From contig JACOXZ010000011.1 of the NCBI GenBank assembly GCA_016182105.1, positions 1,218 through 65,217 of the forward strand: a stretch of DNA of 64,000 nucleotides. Direction: 5' to 3'. The position numbers and the translations under genes are program-made. The stretch is from Candidatus Liptonbacteria bacterium. GTDB taxonomy: Bacteria; Patescibacteriota; Minisyncoccia; UBA6257; 2-01-FULL-56-20. Positions 37,491-46,814 of this stretch are shown here, one piece after another (the first letter of the stretch is position 1; every line of letters begins with the position of its first letter). Below the pieces are notes generated by a model. That model saw only the letters and a list, made by a program, of their open reading frames with translations. It ran no database searches and was not told the origin of the DNA.

Positions 37491-38531
37491 CTAAATTTTT
37501 TGCACTGACTCGCTTTTTAGGACGATGGTCGGGTAAATATCAAAGAGAGCAAAGAGTAAACTTAAAACCAGGGGGCCGATCAAAAAGCCGATCGGGCCAA
37601 AAAAGGCAATGCCGCCGATTACGCTAAGAAGAATAAAGAAAGGATGGATGTGGATCTTGCGCTGAATTAGTTTTGGCCGGAGGAAATTATCAACTGTTCC
37701 CACAATAGCAATTCCCCAGGCGATCATCCCAATTCCTTGAGGCAGGTGACCGGAGAGGAGGAGATAAAATCCGGCCGGAATTGTGATAAGTGCCGTCCCA
37801 ATAGCTGGGAGGAGCGCCGCGATCACGGTCACAGAGCCCCAGAGCGCCGGGTTAGGAAGGCCGAAGATAAAGAAACCAAGACCTGCAAGTGCCCCTTGGA
37901 TCAAGGAGACGATCAGGGTCCCCTTAATGACCGAACTTACGGTTACTCGGAGTTTTTTAATGATCATACGGTTGTGTTCGTCAGTAAGCGGGCTTAAGGA
38001 AATCAAGGAGTTTTTAAAGCTATTGCCGTCTTTGAAAAAATAATAAAGAGCAAAGAAACTTAGAACGAAATTTATGAAAAATTTGGAGAAGGTGGAAAAA
38101 ACCGAGCCGAAGTTTTGGACGAGCGATTCCAAGATTTGGCGGAGATACTGGTCAAAATTGAAAGAGATGCCGGGGACGAATCTTTGGAGTCGATCTTTTA
38201 TTAAAACCGCAATCTCCTTAGGAAGCGCGGTGTTTTTGCCGGTCGTAAGATCGGTATAGAGCCCTCGAGCTTCCTGAATAAGTTGAAAACTGAAAAGAAA
38301 TAAAGGTACAAGAATGACAATAATAACAATCATAGTTGAAAGAAAAGCAGCCAAGCCATCGTTTTGCCGCATGAGTCGGAGGATCTTTTGATGAAGCGGC
38401 TGGAAAATTACGGCAAAGGTGGCTGCTAAGACAAAGACGCTTAAGTAGGGAAGAAAAATAAAAAAGACGAGCGCCAGAATACCGATCAAGAGGGCTAGAA
38501 AAAAATAGATCTGGAGGTCTCGAGTGTTCAT
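37491..38531 (-). CDS. AI-2E family transporter (UPF0118)
   Basis: Eight-TM pattern with a typical N-terminus. Confidence 0.65.
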   Translation of the reverse strand: MNTRDLQIYFFLALLIGILALVFFIFLPYLSVFVLAATFAVIFQPLHQKILRLMRQNDGLAAFLSTMIVIIVILVPLFLFSFQLIQEARGLYTDLTTGKNTALPKEIAVLIKDRLQRFVPGISFNFDQYLRQILESLVQNFGSVFSTFSKFFINFVLSFFALYYFFKDGNSFKNSLISLSPLTDEHNRMIIKKLRVTVSSVIKGTLIVSLIQGALAGLGFFIFGLPNPALWGSVTVIAALLPAIGTALITIPAGFYLLLSGHLPQGIGMIAWGIAIVGTVDNFLRPKLIQRKIHIHPFFILLSVIGGIAFFGPIGFLIGPLVLSLLFALFDIYPTIVLKSESVQKI

Positions 38532-38568
38532 TGTAGAATTTAAACTCTACATCTATTATATATGAAGA

Positions 38569-39744
38569 ATGAATGGCGTAAAGGCTAAAAAAGTGGTTTT
38601 CGTGGGACTAAGCGGAGGGGTGGATAGCTCGGTCGCAGCCCTGATTTTATCTGGCTACGCCAGATCTCGCGAAGCGAGAAAAGAAAAAGGATACGAAGTA
38701 ATCGGGGTTTTTATGCGCTGTTTCAATTTAGACGGGTGTGCCGAGCGAGATGCCGAGGACGCCAGACGGGTGGCTGGTCACCTTGGGATTCCTTTTTACG
38801 TCTGGGATTTTGAGGAGGAGTATAAGCAACGGGTGGTGGACTACATGGTTCAGGGATACGCCCAAGGGATTACCCCGAATCCGGACGTGATGTGCAATAA
38901 GGAAATCAAGTTTGGGCTCTTTTTAGAGAAGGCGCTTAAGATGGGAGGGACTCACGTGGCCACGGGGCACTATGTTCGGCTGACTGTTTCTCGGGACCGG
39001 CTGTTGACTCGCTCCAGCGGCGAGTCCCAGCCTGCGAGAGCTCCTTCGAAGCAATCAGCCTCACCAGTTTATTCGCTTTCTGTTGCTAAAGATAAAAATA
39101 AGGACCAGTCCTATTTCCTTTGGACTTTGACCCAAAAACAGTTGAAGCATTGCCTTTTTCCGATAGGAAGTTATTTAAAGTCCGAGGTGCGTGAAATTGC
39201 ACGTAAGGCCGGGCTCCCGACGGCTGATAAAAAAGATTCGCAGGGGATTTGTTTTTTAGGGAAAGTGACGCTCGGGGATTTTCTGCGAGAGTATATTCCC
39301 GAGGAGAGGGGGCCGGTTTTAAGCGTGACTGGCGAGCGGCTCGGCGAGCACCAGGGCTCTCATTTTTATACGATCGGCCAGCGCCGCGGGATTGGGATTG
39401 GCGGCGGCACGCCCTACTACGTGGCGGAAAAGGATGTGGCGACAAATACGCTCGTTGTTGCCCCGAGTGAAACTCACGAGTCGCTCTATCGAAAGGAAAT
39501 CGAGCTTACTGATGTAAATTTCATCCGGTCGGATTTACCATCTCTAATTCGCGCGAATAAGGGAATTGAGGTTTTAGCTAGAGTTCGCTACCGCCAGCCG
39601 CTTGCTCTCGCGAAACTCTATAACCTATCACCTAACACCTATCACCTCGAATTTGGCCGGCCTGTCAAATTCGTCACCCCCGGCCAGTCAGCCGTGTTCT
39701 ATCTAAAGGACGGTGAGATGTTTGGCGGGGGGATAATCACATGA
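38569..39744 (+). CDS. mnmA: tRNA 2-thiouridine(34) synthase MnmA (with a GC-rich in-frame insertion)
   Basis: PP-loop SGGVDSS and the KDQSYFL motif. Confidence 0.8.
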   Translation: MNGVKAKKVVFVGLSGGVDSSVAALILSGYARSREARKEKGYEVIGVFMRCFNLDGCAERDAEDARRVAGHLGIPFYVWDFEEEYKQRVVDYMVQGYAQGITPNPDVMCNKEIKFGLFLEKALKMGGTHVATGHYVRLTVSRDRLLTRSSGESQPARAPSKQSASPVYSLSVAKDKNKDQSYFLWTLTQKQLKHCLFPIGSYLKSEVREIARKAGLPTADKKDSQGICFLGKVTLGDFLREYIPEERGPVLSVTGERLGEHQGSHFYTIGQRRGIGIGGGTPYYVAEKDVATNTLVVAPSETHESLYRKEIELTDVNFIRSDLPSLIRANKGIEVLARVRYRQPLALAKLYNLSPNTYHLEFGRPVKFVTPGQSAVFYLKDGEMFGGGIIT

Positions 39745-40328
39745 TCATAGTGTTTACAGGTAATGGTAAAGGTAAGACTACCGCGGCTCTGGGACAGGCT
39801 ATGCGGGTTTTGGGGCGCGGTAAGCGGGCGCTAGTGATCCAATTCATTAAGGGTCCGTGGAGAAGCGGCGAGGATGAGTTTGTAACAAAAATCAGAAATC
39901 AAAAAGCAAGAATCAGAGCCAAGGACGCCTCGCTCTTGGACGGCGTCGAAAATATCCACGACTTCGAAATCCGCAAAATGGGCTTAGGTTTTGTGGGGAT
40001 TTTGGGTGACAAATTGCCCCGGGAAGATCATATGAAAGCCGCGGAAAACGCCCTAGAGCATTTTCGAGAAGAGCTTTTTCGAGGCCAGGGCAAAGCCTGG
40101 GATCTGATTGTCTTGGACGAGATTAACGTAGCCACTTCCCTGGGGCTTCTTAAAAAAGAAAATGTTTTGTCTATTTTGAAGCTCGTTCCTCAAGACAAAA
40201 TTGTGATTTTAACCGGCCGCGCTGCGCCCCAAGAATTTCTTGATCACGCTCATCTTGTGACTGAAATGAAAGAAGTGAAGCATCCTTTTAATGACGGCAA
40301 GCTCGCGAAGATCTTTTCAGAATTTTAG
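39741..40328 (+). CDS. cob(I)yrinic acid a,c-diamide adenosyltransferase family protein (CobA/CobO/BtuR)
   Basis: FTGNGKGKTTAALGQAMRVLGRGKRALVIQFIKG. Confidence 0.6.
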   Translation: MIIVFTGNGKGKTTAALGQAMRVLGRGKRALVIQFIKGPWRSGEDEFVTKIRNQKARIRAKDASLLDGVENIHDFEIRKMGLGFVGILGDKLPREDHMKAAENALEHFREELFRGQGKAWDLIVLDEINVATSLGLLKKENVLSILKLVPQDKIVILTGRAAPQEFLDHAHLVTEMKEVKHPFNDGKLAKIFSEF

Positions 40329-40370
40329 AACCAACCCTGCCGCCAAAAACTGAGCAAAATTTCTACTATG

Positions 40371-40403
40371 ATTATACCGCAATTGCGGTATAATCGTAGT
40401 AAG
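40371..40403. promoter_or_regulatory. perfect 24-bp palindrome ATTATACCGCAATTGCGGTATAAT plus CGTAGTAAG (copy 1, upstream of rpsB)
   Basis: Read directly. A near-identical copy is at 62923-62955. Confidence 0.5.
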
Positions 40404-40448
40404 AAGGGCGGTTAGACAAATTGAAGAGGGTCTTATACACTTTTACCT

Positions 40449-41264
40449 ATGTCCGAAGAGTCAATTATAGCGAAAACTAAAGAACTTTTTCCGGATGAGG
40501 CCTTCCGTGAGATGGTCGAAGCCGGAGTTTTTTATGGCCGAAAAAAGAGTCGGGTGAATCCCAAGATGTGGCCATACATTTTAACCAACCGCGGAGGCAT
40601 TGAGATCATCAATTTAACGAAGACTGTTCAAGACTTGGACCGAGCTATGACTTTCCTTCGCGAAAAAGCCAAAGAGAACGCCATGATACTTCTCGTTGCC
40701 ACCCAGCCGCATGCCGAGGAAATTAAAAATTTAGCCATTGAATTCAACTTTCCATATGTTGTGAAGCGTTGGATCGGAGGCACCCTCACTAATTTTAAAA
40801 TTATCTCCCTACAAGTCGAGCACTTTAAGAGACTTAAAAGCGATCTCGCCTCAGGCGCTTTTCAAGAATACACTAAAAAAGAGAGAGCCCGCGTTGAGGC
40901 CGAAATAAAGAAGCTTGAGGAACTAATTGGCGGACTTGAGAACATGAGCCGGCGGCCGGATCTTGTTTTAATAGTTGACTTTTACCCTCACAAAACAGCC
41001 GTAAGAGAGGCAAGACGGCTTCGGATCCCGATCGTGGCTTTCTCGAATATTGACAGCGACCCAGATCAAGTTGATTACCTTGTACCAGGGAACACAAACT
41101 CTAGGAAAAGCGTCAATTGGTTTCTAGGAAAAGTGAGAGAGGCCCTCAAGGAAGGCGAGCAGGCGAGACTCACAAGCGCGCCCTCAGCAGCAGATATTGA
41201 CCCGACTCTTCACGAAACTAAAGAAGACGAGAAGAATATTTTGGAATTCGCTAAAGATGGATAA
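40449..41264 (+). CDS. rpsB: 30S ribosomal protein S2
   Basis: Typical S2 core, 271 aa. Confidence 0.9.
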   Translation: MSEESIIAKTKELFPDEAFREMVEAGVFYGRKKSRVNPKMWPYILTNRGGIEIINLTKTVQDLDRAMTFLREKAKENAMILLVATQPHAEEIKNLAIEFNFPYVVKRWIGGTLTNFKIISLQVEHFKRLKSDLASGAFQEYTKKERARVEAEIKKLEELIGGLENMSRRPDLVLIVDFYPHKTAVREARRLRIPIVAFSNIDSDPDQVDYLVPGNTNSRKSVNWFLGKVREALKEGEQARLTSAPSAADIDPTLHETKEDEKNILEFAKDG

Positions 41265-41703
41265 GTTAGGCGATATCCAGAGGCTGCGGGAGGCAACCGG
41301 AGCTGGAGTCATGGAGTGCAAAAAAGCCATAGAAGATGCGGAAGGTGATTTTGACCGAGCAGTAAGTTTGATTCACAAAAGGGGGCTTCTTAAGGTTCAA
41401 AAGCGCAAGGCACGGGAAACCGGAGCCGGACTTATTGAATCCTACGTTCATAATGATAGGATTGGCGTTCTCTTGGATTTGCGGGCTGAGACTGATTTTG
41501 TTGTCCGTTCCGAGCCTTTTCGCCGGCTCTCCCACGAGCTTGCCATGCAGATTGCGGCTCTCGCGCCTCAAAATCTTGAGGAATTATTGAAACAGCCGTA
41601 TATTAAAGATGAATCTAGGACTGTCGAGGATTTAATAAAAGAAGTGATTGCCCTGGTTGGCGAAAACATCCGAGTTAATAAGTTCTATCGTTTAGAACTC
41701 TAA
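41257..41703 (+). CDS. tsf: elongation factor Ts (short form)
   Basis: LREATGAGVMECKKAL-type N-terminus. It overlaps the rpsB stop. Confidence 0.7.
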   Translation: MDKLGDIQRLREATGAGVMECKKAIEDAEGDFDRAVSLIHKRGLLKVQKRKARETGAGLIESYVHNDRIGVLLDLRAETDFVVRSEPFRRLSHELAMQIAALAPQNLEELLKQPYIKDESRTVEDLIKEVIALVGENIRVNKFYRLEL

Positions 41704-41735
41704 AACCTAAAACCTATCACCTAAAACCTAGTAAC

Positions 41736-42062
41736 ATGCTTCAATTCATTTTAACCAACATCTTAATGATTTCTTTGGGAACGATCCTTTATCTTGTGGC
41801 GAGAACCTTGCCAAGGATTGACGGCGAGCCCTCGGGAAAGGAGAATATTCTGGATCGCTTGGCTAATTCCGAGATACCGGAAAAGGTAGACGTGGTCCTC
41901 AATAGTTTTTTGGCAAAGTTCTTGAGACGGCTCAAAATTTTCCTTATGAAAATTGACAATTTTGTGAGCGAAAGGCTGAAGAAAATTTCGGTTAATGGCG
42001 GTAGTTCCAAGACTAAAATTGACTTTAAGGGCATAAACGAAGAAAATAAGACTGAAGAATAA
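41736..42062 (+). CDS. hypothetical small membrane protein
   Basis: 108 aa with an N-terminal TM. Preceded by the G-poor repeat ctaaaacct. Confidence 0.35.
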   Translation: MLQFILTNILMISLGTILYLVARTLPRIDGEPSGKENILDRLANSEIPEKVDVVLNSFLAKFLRRLKIFLMKIDNFVSERLKKISVNGGSSKTKIDFKGINEENKTEE

Positions 42063-42065
42063 AGC

Positions 42066-42153
42066 GCGCAGGTAGTCCCGTAGGGGGCGGGAGTGGTCTG
42101 TAAAACCATTGCCCATCTGGGCCCCGTGAGTTCGACTCTCACCCTGCGCACCA
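42066..42153 (+). tRNA. tRNA-Tyr (anticodon GUA), class II with a long variable arm, CCA encoded
   Basis: Acceptor gcgcagg/cctgcgc, anticodon loop CUGUAAA, variable arm gccca-tc-tgggc, T arm gtgag-ttcgact-ctcac, then ACCA. Confidence 0.65.
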
Positions 42154-42393
42154 CGTTGGAAAAGTCAATGCCTCGCGGCGCGGAACGCGCCGCTCGGCGA
42201 CCAAATCGTAAGGATTTTTCGGGGCAAAAAGAAATTCCCGATTCCATTAAAAGCAGAAAAGAAAAATTTTTCAAACACTCCCAAGAGGTGGCAAGCCGCC
42301 TCTTGACTTTTGTGACGTAATATGCTATCTTTAGGTGAAATCTGGGCATAGTGCTTAAATGGAATCAAATCGTACCTTGAAAGGAGAAAGACG

Positions 42394-42558
42394 ATGTACA
42401 ATATCACACGGCCGTTGTTCGGAGGAATGGCCATTCCCGCCCCTTTCTTTGCCATGAATGCGGACAGTTCAGAGAAGGCGTTGGCATGGGTCGGGTATGG
42501 CATCATCTTCGCCCTGCTCTCTCTCGTGTCGGCTGTCGCCGCTCGCGACGAGAAGTAA
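42394..42558 (+). CDS. GC-rich 54-aa hydrophobic peptide (cassette B ORF)
   Basis: SD aaaGGAGaaagacg precedes the ATG. Hydrophobic stretch ALAWVGYGIIFALLSLVSAVAA. Followed by a terminator. Confidence 0.4.
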   Translation: MYNITRPLFGGMAIPAPFFAMNADSSEKALAWVGYGIIFALLSLVSAVAARDEK

Positions 42559-42580
42559 GCAGACCTTTCTTCGTGCCATA

Positions 42581-42617
42581 ACGGGGATTCGCGCAACGCG
42601 GTCCCCGTTTCTTTTTT
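42581..42617 (+). terminator. rho-independent terminator of cassette B
   Basis: Hairpin acggggattcgcgcaacgcggtccccgt followed by a T-run and the conserved AT-rich linker. Confidence 0.65.
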
Positions 42618-42672
42618 AATTTTTGATTTAAAAGTTTTCATAAAAGAATTTGCCGCCAAAGAAAAACTTGAA

Positions 42673-42832
42673 ATTGTCAGCGGTGCGGCTCCCCGATACC
42701 ATCCGCCTTCGGCGGAGCTACGGGGCAGGCCGCCGCATTTTCGGATTTTCGCGGGGGGCTTTCCTCGCTCCGACGTTACGTCGGAGCGAAATGCGCTGTG
42801 CCCCGTAGTAAGCTTTGCTTTACTACTGGGGT
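42673..42832. repeat. GC-rich structured element of cassette B (multiple hairpins, e.g. cgctccgacg-ttac-gtcggagcg)
   Basis: It occupies the same position relative to the AT linker as element A. Sequence similarity to A and C is weak. Confidence 0.4.
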
Positions 42833-42974
42833 TCGGATTACTTTAAGAATACTGTATAAGTAGCAAAAGCACTGCCGTAACTGAAGCGGTTTGTAACAAA
42901 ACATACTATTCTATCGTATATTTAAATAAATCTTTCAAAGGTCGTTAAATCCAACCAGACATAACACGAGAGAT

Positions 42975-44459
42975 ATGAAAAAAGTATTGTTAAGTGTAGT
43001 GCTTGCTGGTTTTCTTGGACTATCCATCTTCCCCTTTGGAGTCTTGGCACAGACCAGCCAAAATACCCAGGCGCTCCTTGACCAAATCCAAGCGCTCCTG
43101 AAGAGGGTTCAGGACCTGCAGAATCAGATAAACCAGCTCCAAGTACAGAAGCTGGAGGCCGCGACACAGGTCTCAAACCTCGTTAAATCGCTGAAGCAGG
43201 GTGATTCAGGAGAAAACGTGAAGACCCTTCAAGCCCTTCTTGCGGCTGATTCGGATATCTATCCAGAGGGCCTGATGTCGGGCTACTACGGGAGACTTAC
43301 TGCCGCTGCCGTGAAACGCTTCCAGACGAAGCACAGCATTGAGGCTGTGGGCGTGGTTGGGCCGAAGACGCTAAAGAAGTTGAATGAGGTCCTCCAGAAA
43401 AATCCGGTTGCTATCGAGGTTTCGAGTTCAACTGGGGAAAGACGGCCCTGCGCGATTGTGCCACCCGGGCATTTGATCGCCCCTGGATGGCTCAAAAAGA
43501 ATGCGCCGCCGGTCGTGCCTCCCTGCCAAGTGCTCCCGCCGGGCATATTGACGAAGCTCGGTCAGGCGACCACGACTCCCGACACAACGGCGCCCGTGAT
43601 TTCCGGCATTGCTACGCAAAATGTGACAGTGAATACTGCGACAGTCGCCTGGGCGACCAATGAGCTTGCGACGAGCAAGGTCTATTACGGGACTTCCACT
43701 CCGCTCAGCCTCGGCACGGCGAGCATGGTTACGGACAACACCCTCATTACTAGCCACGCGATTGGCTTGAGCGGTCTTGCCGCGACCACCACTTATTACT
43801 ACGTAGTCGAATCCAAAGATGCGGCCGGAAACACAGCCACCTCCACGGAACGGTCTTTTACCACTACGGCGCAGGCTGACGTAACAGCGCCGAGCATCAC
43901 ATCCTATTCAGTTGTTCCGGCGACCTCGTCAGCTATCATTTCCTGGGTGACGAATGAAACGGCTGATTCGCAGGTTTTCTACGACACCTCGACTAGCTAC
44001 GGCCTCGCGACGCCGCTTGAAACCCCGCTCTTGACAAGTCATTCCCAAACACTAACGGGACTTACGGCTAGCACTACCTATTACTTCCAGATTCGTTCTA
44101 GGGACGCGGCTTTGAATCTCGGGACAGCGACCGGGCAGTTCACGACCCTAGCTCTTCCTGATACAACCGCGCCGGTAATCTCGGCGGTTACCGCGACCGG
44201 CGTCAATAGCTCTTCGGCCACTATCGTTTGGACGACTGACGAACCTTCAACAAGTAAGGTATTTTACGGAACGGTTTTCCCAATAGACACCGCTACAGCC
44301 GCCTTTGTTAGCTCTGCCGCGCTAGTCACAAGCCACTCGATTCCGCTTACGGGTTTGAATGCGAGCACGACTTACTACTATACCGTTCAGTCAGCGGACG
44401 CAAACGCCAATACCGCCACTTCCGCGACTTCGAGCCAGCAGTTCACGACCGGTTTGTAG
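42975..44459 (+). CDS. secreted protein with a peptidoglycan-binding domain and three fibronectin-III-like repeats
   Basis: Signal peptide, a PG_binding_1-like segment (YYGRLTAAAVKRFQ), and three repeats of about 95 aa. Confidence 0.6.
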   Translation: MKKVLLSVVLAGFLGLSIFPFGVLAQTSQNTQALLDQIQALLKRVQDLQNQINQLQVQKLEAATQVSNLVKSLKQGDSGENVKTLQALLAADSDIYPEGLMSGYYGRLTAAAVKRFQTKHSIEAVGVVGPKTLKKLNEVLQKNPVAIEVSSSTGERRPCAIVPPGHLIAPGWLKKNAPPVVPPCQVLPPGILTKLGQATTTPDTTAPVISGIATQNVTVNTATVAWATNELATSKVYYGTSTPLSLGTASMVTDNTLITSHAIGLSGLAATTTYYYVVESKDAAGNTATSTERSFTTTAQADVTAPSITSYSVVPATSSAIISWVTNETADSQVFYDTSTSYGLATPLETPLLTSHSQTLTGLTASTTYYFQIRSRDAALNLGTATGQFTTLALPDTTAPVISAVTATGVNSSSATIVWTTDEPSTSKVFYGTVFPIDTATAAFVSSAALVTSHSIPLTGLNASTTYYYTVQSADANANTATSATSSQQFTTGL

Positions 44460-44537
44460 AAGAACGAACTTTCTAAGCGAGAACCCCCGAAAGTTCGGGG
44501 GTTTTCGTTATGACTTATATGGGATATGATGTTTTAG

Positions 44538-45038
44538 ATGCTCGAATACGTAAGCGATGCTGTTGTTTTGGATCGGGAGGAAAACGGCGACCTGGATGTC
44601 GTTCTACTCATCTTTACTAAAAAATTCGGGAAGCTCCGCGCCAAAGTGAAGAGTGTTAGGAAAATCACCTCCAAGCTTGCTTCACACCTTGAACCAGGGA
44701 ATTTGAGCCAGGTGCGGCTGGTCGAGAAAAATGGTTTTCAAATTACTGACGCTTGAAAGCAAACCCGTCTTGAAGTTACCTTGCCGGACCTCTATTTCTT
44801 AAACCAGCTCATCCCTGAAGCCGAACCGGATTTTCTTCTTTGGGAAGCTTTAGTGGGAAAGAAATTCGACTGGCAGGCGATTTTAAGGATCTTAGGTTGG
44901 GATCCGAGTCTCGGGCGCTGCGAAGTTTGCGTGAGGGGTGCCCCTGAGTTTTTTCATCTTAAAAAGCTGGATTTTGTCTGTGAGCGCTGTAGCGCTTCTT
45001 CCCGAATACCGAAAAGTGAGGTAGTATACTTAAGATAA
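44538..45038 (+). CDS. recO: RecO-like recombination protein interrupted by one in-frame TGA at 44754-44756
   Basis: ORFs 44538-44756 and 44781-45038 share one frame. C-terminal Cys cluster CEVC...CERC. Confidence 0.45.
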
Positions 45039-46757
45039 ATGAGAGGAGCGTCGCTTGTCGGGATTATTTTTTTAGTGGTGCTGATTATAGCTGGGGGCGT
45101 TTATTTTCTCTTGCGAGGCGGGGGCAGTCCCAATGTAAGTTTAGAATTCTCGAAACCTGACCAGGTGCTCTTAGGCCAGCCGTTTAGCGTCACTGTTTCC
45201 TTCTCAAACTATTCGGAAAGCGTCCTCAAGAATACGAAGTTGTCGTTAGCATTGCCGGAAGGCGTTTCCTTCCTAGGGCAGTCGCCGGACCAGAAAGTCA
45301 TGGAACAAACAGTGGGCGACCTGGGCGTTGGGAGTTTAAGTCAGCAGACCTTTAGTTTGATTGTCACATCCGGCAGCCAGAGTTTAAAGCGGCTTATGGC
45401 CAAACTAATCTATGCGACCGAAGAAAATCTTAAAGTCCAGTTTGTGAGCATTGCCAATGCCGATATTCCAGTTGGTCAGCCGGCGATCAGCTTGAATTTA
45501 GGAACGCCAGCGAACGTCTTTAGCGGAGAGAGTTTCGCGGTTAAGGTGAGCTATCAAAACAACACCAACGAAGATTTCAAAAATCTCGGCCTCAAAATCG
45601 ACTACCCGTCCATCTTTCGATATCAGAAAAGCACCTTGGACCCCACCTCCGGCAATAATTTTTGGCGGCTGGGGGCCCTCACCCGCGGCTCGGACGGCTC
45701 ATTTACTATTACAGGGAGCGTCGTAGGCCCAGAGCAGTCTTTTTTTAATGTGGACGCCACCCTCACAGCTGATTTTCTAGGTCAAAACTACACTTTAGGC
45801 ACCCAGACGGCGAGCGTGGCGATCTCTGTTGCTCCGCTTTCTTTGTCAATTAGCGTGAACGAAAGCATGGATTACATCGCGAAGGTCGGCGACACCCTGC
45901 GTTATGTTTTGAGGTACAGAAATAATTCCGACACCGCTCTTCAAAATGTGGTAATCCAAACTAAGCTAACCGGCGAGCTTCTTGACTTCCAAACCGCAAG
46001 GAGCGAGGCATCTTTGAATTCACTGACCAATACTTTTTCCTGGGGAGCGGCGAACACCCCCGAGCTTTTGAGTTTAGCGCCGGGTCAGGAAGGAACGGTG
46101 AATTTGGAGATTAGACTCCTTCACGCTTTTCCCATCCGACGCTTGAGCGACAAAAACTATACTTTGAAGGCCCAAGCCGAGATTCAGTCGCCAACTGTTC
46201 CCCAAAACACCACAGCCGAAAAAACTCTTTCAGTCACGAGTCTCGAGACCAAAGTGGCGGGTCAAATAGCGATTGATTCACGGGCTTTTTTCCGAGACGC
46301 GGCTTCCGGATTTTTGAACTCGGGTCCATATCCCCCCAAAGTGAACGTAGCGACACAGTACACAATTCACTGGCTAATAACTAATTACTCTACGGATGTC
46401 GTGAATATCCAGGTTTCGGCATACCTTCAGTCCGGGAGCCGCTTCACCGGAAAATTTAAATCCAATCTTGAGGGCCAGCCGCCGGTCTTCGATCAGAATA
46501 GCGGCCGGGTTTTGTGGCAGGTCCGAAGCATTCCAGCGACCAAAGGAATCGTTGGGGAACCGGCCGAGGCCATCTTTCAAATCGAGACAACTCCTGCAGT
46601 AAATCAGGTTGGCCAGGAACTCCCGCTACTTAGCGAAACTAGGATTCAAGCCTTGGACAGCTTCACTAATTTAACTTTAGAGTCGTCGGATGGCGCTTTA
46701 AACACTTCTTTGCCTGATGACCCTACTATTCAAGGCGACCGTCGAGTTCAGCCCTAA
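45039..46757 (+). CDS. large membrane-anchored or exported hypothetical protein with beta-rich repeat domains (DUF11-like)
   Basis: N-terminal TM. 572 aa, S/T/N-rich. Confidence 0.4.
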   Translation: MRGASLVGIIFLVVLIIAGGVYFLLRGGGSPNVSLEFSKPDQVLLGQPFSVTVSFSNYSESVLKNTKLSLALPEGVSFLGQSPDQKVMEQTVGDLGVGSLSQQTFSLIVTSGSQSLKRLMAKLIYATEENLKVQFVSIANADIPVGQPAISLNLGTPANVFSGESFAVKVSYQNNTNEDFKNLGLKIDYPSIFRYQKSTLDPTSGNNFWRLGALTRGSDGSFTITGSVVGPEQSFFNVDATLTADFLGQNYTLGTQTASVAISVAPLSLSISVNESMDYIAKVGDTLRYVLRYRNNSDTALQNVVIQTKLTGELLDFQTARSEASLNSLTNTFSWGAANTPELLSLAPGQEGTVNLEIRLLHAFPIRRLSDKNYTLKAQAEIQSPTVPQNTTAEKTLSVTSLETKVAGQIAIDSRAFFRDAASGFLNSGPYPPKVNVATQYTIHWLITNYSTDVVNIQVSAYLQSGSRFTGKFKSNLEGQPPVFDQNSGRVLWQVRSIPATKGIVGEPAEAIFQIETTPAVNQVGQELPLLSETRIQALDSFTNLTLESSDGALNTSLPDDPTIQGDRRVQP

Positions 46758-46814
46758 TCAGGTTTTACCTGCCTGCCGCAGGCAGGGGTGTCAGATTATA
46801 GGTTTTAGAAAAAT

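Noticed and set aside
39617-39650. cctatcacct word repeat as a regulatory element
   Set aside because: It lies inside the mnmA coding frame (YNLSPNTYHLEF). It is probably coding low-complexity sequence, although the word is shared with the leader at 41700-41735.
41763-42349. Minus-strand ORFs of 117 and 186 aa
   Set aside because: They overlap tRNA-Tyr and the + strand gene 41736-42062. They have no motifs.
44754-44756. Genome-wide UGA recoding (genetic code 25, as in some candidate phyla)
   Set aside because: Many well-supported genes here terminate at TGA with correct lengths (e.g. PBP2, the receiver protein at 34331-34723, and the pseudopilin at 5322-5924). Only recO shows an internal TGA.
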